Made by a program: the position numbers and the translations under genes. From Flavobacteriaceae bacterium (GTDB taxonomy: Bacteria; Bacteroidota; Bacteroidia; Flavobacteriales; Flavobacteriaceae): DNA of 64,000 bases. The notes below the pieces were generated by a model, which ran no database searches, was not told the origin of the DNA, and was given only the letters and a program-made list of their open reading frames with translations. This document shows, one piece after another, positions 58,201 through 64,000 of the stretch. The stretch spans positions 15,286-79,285 of the forward strand of contig JBDWSS010000055.1 of assembly GCA_039985375.1 (NCBI GenBank). Reading direction: 5' to 3'. The stretch's first letter is position 1; the number at the start of each line of letters is the position of its first letter.

Positions 58201-58231
58201 TATGTAACATATACTTTCACTTATGTAACAT
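58201..58231 (-). promoter_or_regulatory. direct repeat TATGTAACAT x2 with 21-bp period, upstream of the collagen-like operon
   Basis: Exact 10-mers at 58201-58210 and 58222-58231, about 130-160 nt upstream of the ATG at 58071. Confidence 0.4.
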
Positions 58232-58406
58232 TTATTGGTTTTAGATTGAAAAGAGCTGTTTATCTTAACCGATAATCCTTTATAAGAAAAGGAAGATTTA
58301 AAAGGAAATAAGATTTAACCTTTCTGAGGATAGCACAAAATTGGATGTACCTGGAGGTGTACTTTTACTTTATAACCGAAAAGAGATATTGATTTTGAAG
58401 CTTATT

Positions 58407-59246
58407 TTAATTCTCGAATTTTAACTCAGTATAAACTGGCAAATGATCTGATGGATAACTACAGTCTTTCGAATCGCTTAAAATTCCATTTTTTAGCACT
58501 TTAAGCTTTGCCTTATCCACAAAAATATAATCTATTCTTCGAGTTACCGGTTTAGCAAAGTGGAACCCATTGAAGGTACCGATTGGCCCATGTGAATTCT
58601 TTCCAGCCAAGGCATGCGTATCTGCCAATTCTTTTAAAATAAATTTAATTCCCGAAGCATTTTCCTCCAGGTTAAAATCTCCCATAAGAATAACGGGCAA
58701 ATCGTTATTATTAAGCGCTTCAATTTTGTTTAGGATGAGTTTGGCACTTTCTTCTCTTGCATTTTCTCCCACATGATCAAAATGGGTGTTAAAAACATAA
58801 AATTGCCTGTTATTTTTCTTTATTTTGAACAGACCATAGGTACAAATTCTGGGTAGTGCGGCATCCCATCCCTTTGAAGGTTTCTCCGGAGTTTTTGAGA
58901 GCCAAAATGTGCTTTCAGAAAGCAGTATGAACTTTTCTGTATTGTAAAAGATAGCGGTAAACTCCCCTTCCTCATTGCCATTATCTCGACCAACTCCAAA
59001 AAAAGCATAGTCTTCAAGTCCATTTTCAATATCTCTCAGTTGATGTCGTAGACCTTCTTGAGTACCAAAAACATCAGGAGTGTAAAAGTTTAATTGGGAA
59101 ATTAGAAAGTCTTTTCTATTCTCCCAACTGTTCAGGCTATCCTTAGGGTTATCATACTTTATGTTATAGGTAAGCACATCAATCGTTTGACTCATCCCTG
59201 TTTGGGTCAAGCAAATAAGAAGGTATAAAGCAATGGTTCTTTTCAT
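58407..59246 (-). CDS. secreted endonuclease/exonuclease/phosphatase (EEP) family protein
   Basis: 279-aa ORF with a signal peptide and EEP motifs (VLTYNI, GTQE, NTHFDH, GDFN, SDHLPV). Confidence 0.88.
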   Translation of the reverse strand: MKRTIALYLLICLTQTGMSQTIDVLTYNIKYDNPKDSLNSWENRKDFLISQLNFYTPDVFGTQEGLRHQLRDIENGLEDYAFFGVGRDNGNEEGEFTAIFYNTEKFILLSESTFWLSKTPEKPSKGWDAALPRICTYGLFKIKKNNRQFYVFNTHFDHVGENAREESAKLILNKIEALNNNDLPVILMGDFNLEENASGIKFILKELADTHALAGKNSHGPIGTFNGFHFAKPVTRRIDYIFVDKAKLKVLKNGILSDSKDCSYPSDHLPVYTELKFEN

Positions 59247-60865
59247 TTTATTGGTGTTCCGCGCAATCGCTTAAATGCATCATTTGCCTTGTCGATTTTT
59301 GCTTTTGGTGTGGTCTCAAACTCATTTTCAGTTACTCCATAGTATTGTTGCAAGCTATCTAATTTTTGATGCATAATCGCAATTTCCCTGCTATATTTTT
59401 TATCATTTATTGCATTGTACACTTCCTTGGGGTCCTGCTCCAAGTCATAAAATTCCCATGTATCAATATCATCATAAAAATGAATGAGTTTATATCTTTT
59501 AGTACGCACTCCATACTGTCGCTTCACCATATGAAAAGCTGGGAAATCATAATAGTGGTAATAAATGGCATCCTTAAATTCTTTTTGTGAACCATCCATC
59601 AGGTTTCGAAACGATTCGCCCTGCATGTCAAAACTATATTTAGAACCTCCGGCCAAATCCAAAAAGGTAGGGGCAAAATCAAGATTTTGAACCAAAGCTC
59701 CTATATGGATTCCCGGTTCTATGATGCCCGGCAATTGCATCAACAAGGGCATTTTCAACGATTCTTCATACATAAATCTTTTATCGAACCAACCGTGTTC
59801 TCCAAGATAAAATCCCTGATCGGAGGTATAAACGACCAAAGTATTTTCATCCAGTCCCGTCTCTTCTAAATAATCAAGTATTTGACCTACCCCTTCATCA
59901 ACCGCGGCAACGGTTGCCATATAATCCTGAAGATATCTTTGCCCTTTCCAAATGGCCAGTTCCTTCCCCGATAGGTTAGCTTTGTGCATAGCATTATTCT
60001 TTGGCAAATAGGCTTTATCCCATACTTTACGCTGCTCGTCGGTCATTCGTTCAAAATCTGTAGTCCACGGATTGTGCGCCAGTTCTGTACTACCAAATGC
60101 CTTAGACATTTTTAAATCATGACCTTCGTACATATCCTCATAAATGGTCTGCTGTTGTTCTTTTGCTGCTTGTTGATTTTTAAAATCAGGAAAATACGTG
60201 TCCGGCAATGGAAAACTAACGGAATCATATTTGTTCAGATGTCTCAAAGCTGGCATCCAGTTCCTGTGTGGTGCTTTGTGATGGACCATTAAAAAGAATG
60301 GAGCATTCACACTATCCCTTTGTTTTAACCAAGCCAAACTTTTTTTAGTGATTAGGTCAGTAGCATAGCCCGGGAAAATACTTGTATCGTTTTCCTTAAT
60401 AAATTCTGGGTTATAATAATTACCCTGATCGTTCAAAATATCCCAATGATTAAATCCAATGGGCTTCCCGTGTAAGTGCCATTTGCCTATAATTGCAGTT
60501 TCATATCCTACTTTTTGCAAATGTTTTGGTAAAGTGGCCTGATTACCATTAAACGGTTCCCCGTTCATTCTAAAACCATTTACATGGCTGTGTTTGCCCG
60601 TTAAAATAACCGCCCTACTAGGTCCACAGATAGAGTTTGTACAGAAATTATTCTGAAAAATTGCTCCATTTGTAGCTAACCGGTCTATGTTTGGTGTAGG
60701 TGCCAATTTCCCAATCTCATGCCCATACGCACTGATTGCTTGCAACGCATGATCGTCTGACATAATAAAAATAATGTTAGGGCGTAACGCTTCTTCTTCA
60801 ACATTTTTTTGCTTGCAGGCGAACAAGAACAACAAAAAGCTTAAAATAAATAGTTTACAGCTCAT
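59243..60865 (-). CDS. sulfatase (formylglycine-dependent)
   Basis: 540-aa ORF with lipobox, SDDH, the CGPSR (CxPxR) formylglycine motif and a following LTGK. Confidence 0.92.
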   Translation of the reverse strand: MSCKLFILSFLLFLFACKQKNVEEEALRPNIIFIMSDDHALQAISAYGHEIGKLAPTPNIDRLATNGAIFQNNFCTNSICGPSRAVILTGKHSHVNGFRMNGEPFNGNQATLPKHLQKVGYETAIIGKWHLHGKPIGFNHWDILNDQGNYYNPEFIKENDTSIFPGYATDLITKKSLAWLKQRDSVNAPFFLMVHHKAPHRNWMPALRHLNKYDSVSFPLPDTYFPDFKNQQAAKEQQQTIYEDMYEGHDLKMSKAFGSTELAHNPWTTDFERMTDEQRKVWDKAYLPKNNAMHKANLSGKELAIWKGQRYLQDYMATVAAVDEGVGQILDYLEETGLDENTLVVYTSDQGFYLGEHGWFDKRFMYEESLKMPLLMQLPGIIEPGIHIGALVQNLDFAPTFLDLAGGSKYSFDMQGESFRNLMDGSQKEFKDAIYYHYYDFPAFHMVKRQYGVRTKRYKLIHFYDDIDTWEFYDLEQDPKEVYNAINDKKYSREIAIMHQKLDSLQQYYGVTENEFETTPKAKIDKANDAFKRLRGTPIK

Positions 60866-60914
60866 GCTTATATTTTTAGACTTGGGTTTTAAACTGTATA
60901 TGAATGATGATAGA

Positions 60915-63188
60915 TTACTTTAAGGCAAAGGATTTTTTGAGCGATGCATTTGAATCGGTTCCTACAAAAACTTCAAATTCACCCGGTTCCGAAACAAATT
61001 CCAAATTACCATTATAGAACTTCAAATCATCAGGAGTTAATTTTAGACGTACTGTTTTGCTTTCCCCTTTTTTCAAAAACACCTTTTTAAAACCTTTTAG
61101 CTGACGTATGGGAGGCGTAATGGTACGCACCATATCCCGTAGATAAAGCTGTACGGTTTCTTCACCATCATAATTCCCTGTATTTTCAATATTAACCGTG
61201 ATATCCATAGATTCACCTTGCGCTATCTTAGTTTTATTCAAAACAAGGTTTGAATATTCAAAAGTGGTATAGCTCAATCCATGACCAAAGGGTAACAATG
61301 GTGTATTATCCACATCTAAATAGTTAGATTTGAACTTTTCGAATTTGTCTTTGGCCGCTGGCCTTCCCGTATTTTTTATACTGTGATAAATCGGGATTTG
61401 CCCCATATTTCTAGGCCATGTAGTTGTTAATTTCCCAGAAGGGTTATAATCTCCAAAAACTACATCGGCAATGGCGTTACCAGCTTCCACTCCTGGGTGC
61501 CAAACCTGCAATATGGCAACTGGAAGTTCAAATTCTTCCGGAATGGTCAATGGTCTCCCGCTCATAAGTACCAGAACCACAGGTTTGCCCGTTGCTACTA
61601 GCGCACCAATAAGTTTCTTTTGACTATCCGGAATTGAAATATCCGTGCGGCTAGCTGCCTCCCCACTCATTTCAGTAGCTTCACCCACCACGGCAACAAC
61701 TATATCCGATGTCGTTGCCACAGCTAGTGCCTCCTGTAATAGTTCTTCAGGTGAACGCTCATCAATTGTAATCCTGGATCCAAAAACATTTATTTTCTTG
61801 GCAAATTCAGGGTCATCCGATATATTGGCTCCTTTTGCATAGCTTATCGCTGTGTCTACGCTTACATTTTTAAAACCTTCCAATATAGTAACTGCCAAAT
61901 CTGGGTTCCCAGTCGGTGCCCAAGTACCCAACATATTGTTTCTGCTATCGGCCAAGGGTCCTATCAAAGCTATTTTGGCATCTTTTTTTAATGGAAGAAT
62001 GTTATCATGATTTTTAAGCAAGACAAAGGAACGCGCAGCCAATTTTCTTGCCAAAGCCCTATTTTCAGCTGTCAGGATGTCTTTTTTAGGTCTATTACTA
62101 TCCAAATACCTGAAAGGGTCTTCAAAAAGCCCAGATTTATATTTTGCTTCCAATACTTTACGACAAGCCTGGGTAATTTCATCTTCTGTTACTTTGCCCT
62201 CTTCTAAAGATTTTTTCAAGGTGGTCAAGAAACCTTCTCCTACCATGTCCATATCCAATCCAGCTTTTAAAGCAAGCGCAGATACCGCCTGCAAATCTCC
62301 AAGACCATGCGCAATCATTTCATTGACCGAGGTATAATCCGAAACCACCAAACCATTAAAACCCCATTGGTTGCGAAGTAATTCGGTCAATAGCCATTTA
62401 TTGCCCGAAGCTGGCACTCCATCAATATCATTAAAAGAAGTCATAACACTGGTAACACCTGCATCAATAGCTGCTTTATATGGTGGCAGGTATTGATTGA
62501 ACATTTTTACTTTGCTCATGTCTACGGAATGGTAATCACGCCCAGCTTCTGGGGCTCCGTAAAGTGCCAAATGTTTTACACAAGCTAGCATAGTGTTGGG
62601 AGCGGATAAATCGTTCTGTTGATATCCCTTTATCATGGCTTCCGCCACTTTAGCACCCAAATAAGGATCTTCTCCAGCTCCTTCGGCAATTCTGCCCCAA
62701 CGTGGATCACGCGCAATATCGACCATGGGTGAAAAGTTCCAATTGATTCCATCAGCGGTGGCTTCTTTTGCTGCCATGCGAGCTGCTTGTTCCATTAAAT
62801 CCATATCCCAACTACAGGAAAGTCCTAAAGGAATTGGATAGGTAGTCTTGTACCCATGAATAACGTCGGCACCAATTAACAATGGAATCTTTAAACGGGT
62901 ATTGTTAACCGCAAATTCCTGTGCTATTCGAACCTTCTCAGGACCTGAAACACCAAAAAGTCCGCCTACCTGACCGGTTTTTATTTTTGTTTCCACATTT
63001 TTGCTGACCACGGAACCGGTTGCAATACCGCCTCCTGGTGTTAGCAGATTCAATTGACCTATTTTTTCATCTAAGGTCATTTTTTCCAAGATGTCTTCCA
63101 CTTCAGGAATCAAACGCTGCCCATGCATTACGTAGCTAACCAAAAACAATAGGGCTATTGTAAATTTCATCGCTCTATATCTCATCAT
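60915..63188 (-). CDS. bglX: glycoside hydrolase family 3 beta-glucosidase
   Basis: 757-aa ORF with GH3 N- and C-domains, the nucleophile region GLVVSDY and a C-terminal Fn3-like domain. Confidence 0.93.
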   Translation of the reverse strand: MMRYRAMKFTIALLFLVSYVMHGQRLIPEVEDILEKMTLDEKIGQLNLLTPGGGIATGSVVSKNVETKIKTGQVGGLFGVSGPEKVRIAQEFAVNNTRLKIPLLIGADVIHGYKTTYPIPLGLSCSWDMDLMEQAARMAAKEATADGINWNFSPMVDIARDPRWGRIAEGAGEDPYLGAKVAEAMIKGYQQNDLSAPNTMLACVKHLALYGAPEAGRDYHSVDMSKVKMFNQYLPPYKAAIDAGVTSVMTSFNDIDGVPASGNKWLLTELLRNQWGFNGLVVSDYTSVNEMIAHGLGDLQAVSALALKAGLDMDMVGEGFLTTLKKSLEEGKVTEDEITQACRKVLEAKYKSGLFEDPFRYLDSNRPKKDILTAENRALARKLAARSFVLLKNHDNILPLKKDAKIALIGPLADSRNNMLGTWAPTGNPDLAVTILEGFKNVSVDTAISYAKGANISDDPEFAKKINVFGSRITIDERSPEELLQEALAVATTSDIVVAVVGEATEMSGEAASRTDISIPDSQKKLIGALVATGKPVVLVLMSGRPLTIPEEFELPVAILQVWHPGVEAGNAIADVVFGDYNPSGKLTTTWPRNMGQIPIYHSIKNTGRPAAKDKFEKFKSNYLDVDNTPLLPFGHGLSYTTFEYSNLVLNKTKIAQGESMDITVNIENTGNYDGEETVQLYLRDMVRTITPPIRQLKGFKKVFLKKGESKTVRLKLTPDDLKFYNGNLEFVSEPGEFEVFVGTDSNASLKKSFALK

Positions 63189-63191
63189 TTT

Positions 63192-64000
63192 TTATCTTAT
63201 TTTATCCTGTTTCATACTAACAGGCTCCAACCTTTCAGAAATACCATTCTCATTGAAGGCTTCAATGGTTACATAATAGTTTTGGTCTGTATTCAAAGAC
63301 TTTAATTCTAAACTGTTTTCTCCATAAACCAGCCAAGAACTGTACAGTTTATCAGGAGCAATACCCCACAATACATTATATCCTTTACTTCCCCTGACCT
63401 CATTCCAAGTAATTTTCACCTCTCTTTTATCCTTTTTTCTAGTCACAGTAAAATTTTTGGGTGTTTTGGGTGTTTTCCCATTACCTTTTCCAAAAACCCG
63501 AATACCAGAAATAGATAGATAAGGGGTGGGAACATGTATATTTTTAAAGCGAATAAAACGAGCTTTTTTAGGGATTTTAACCTCGTTATAATCATTGGGA
63601 ACATCTTTCTCATTCGTACTTTGGTCAATAAGCATAAACCATTTTTTTCCATCCAAGGAACCTTCTACTGTATATTGATGATGCAACCCTGGAATCTTGC
63701 CATACATATCAGATTTATAGTCGTTGTAATTGATCTGGATGGCGTGTACCATTGCCTGTTTTTCTAAATCAATTTCTACCCATTGCTCAGGATTGTTCTC
63801 TTCTGCGAGCCAAAAGGTTTGTATATTCTCATCCGTCAAGTTTTCGCCAATAAATGCTTGTGAATGGGATGATGTTTTTATGGGTTTTTTATAAGAAAGC
63901 AGCATCCAACCTCTAAAACTTCCTTTTTTTTCTTTTTCAGAAGGGGCATAGTGTGGGTAATCTCCAAAATAGGTGTCACTATAGAGCAATCCATCCGAAT
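63192..64000 (-). CDS. C-terminal part of a glycan-active protein with F5/8 type C (discoidin) and Fn3 domains; 5-prime end outside the window
   Basis: The listed Met has no signal peptide and sits 11 nt from the window edge. It has a discoidin-like segment (NLTDENIQTFWLAEE...WVEIDL) followed by an Fn3-like segment (PKNFTVT...). Confidence 0.65.
   Translation of the reverse strand, partial: SDGLLYSDTYFGDYPHYAPSEKEKKGSFRGWMLLSYKKPIKTSSHSQAFIGENLTDENIQTFWLAEENNPEQWVEIDLEKQAMVHAIQINYNDYKSDMYGKIPGLHHQYTVEGSLDGKKWFMLIDQSTNEKDVPNDYNEVKIPKKARFIRFKNIHVPTPYLSISGIRVFGKGNGKTPKTPKNFTVTRKKDKREVKITWNEVRGSKGYNVLWGIAPDKLYSSWLVYGENSLELKSLNTDQNYYVTIEAFNENGISERLEPVSMKQDKIR

Noticed and set aside
1-64000. Looked for CRISPR repeats, IS/transposase or integrase genes, rRNA, prophage or known defence-system genes.
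   Set aside because: None were recognised. No ORF carries transposase, integrase, reverse-transcriptase, nuclease-NTPase or Cas-like motifs, and no regularly spaced repeats were seen.

Overview
The window looks like a chromosomal segment of a marine Flavobacteriia-type Bacteroidetes genome. It is AT-rich, has Bacteroidetes-style TAnnTTTG -7 elements, a GLPGLI protein, a fused CcoN-CcoO and many lipoproteins. All family calls come from motifs I read by eye in the ORF translations; no database search was run.

Layout:
- 0-19 kb, housekeeping: pyrH-frr, an MMPL/RND transporter, asnS, rpoN, an ExbB/ExbD Ton motor cluster, tRNA-Ser(GGA), ansA, tatD and sucAB.
- 19-24 kb: an orphan LuxR-type response regulator, a small secreted Cys peptide, a GLPGLI protein and a large outer-membrane protein.
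- 24-29 kb, envelope genes: an amidohydrolase, galE, a DegT aminotransferase and waaA.
- 29.5-52.2 kb, a coherent low-oxygen island: hpf, usp-SLC13-pckA-pfkA, tonB, hemN-usp, the full cbb3 oxidase set ccoS-ccoNO-ccoQ-ccoP-ccoG-fixH, ccoI, a Crp/Fnr regulator and a third usp.
- 52-58 kb: a TPR hybrid kinase/AraC regulator next to an uncharacterised secreted three-gene operon.
- 58.4-64 kb: an EEP-sulfatase-GH3-discoidin glycan operon, truncated at the window edge.

Main findings:
- A strictly oriented box, CTGAT-N4-(G/A)TCAT, occurs at seven promoters, only inside the low-oxygen island. Each copy ends exactly 22 nt before a -7 element, which therefore starts at the 23rd nt. This defines a candidate regulon for the island's own Crp/Fnr protein.
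- The secreted operon encodes a collagen-like lipoprotein, a papain-fold protein with two PLAT-like modules, and a lipocalin-like lipoprotein.

I saw no CRISPR array, transposase, integrase, rRNA or recognisable defence system.
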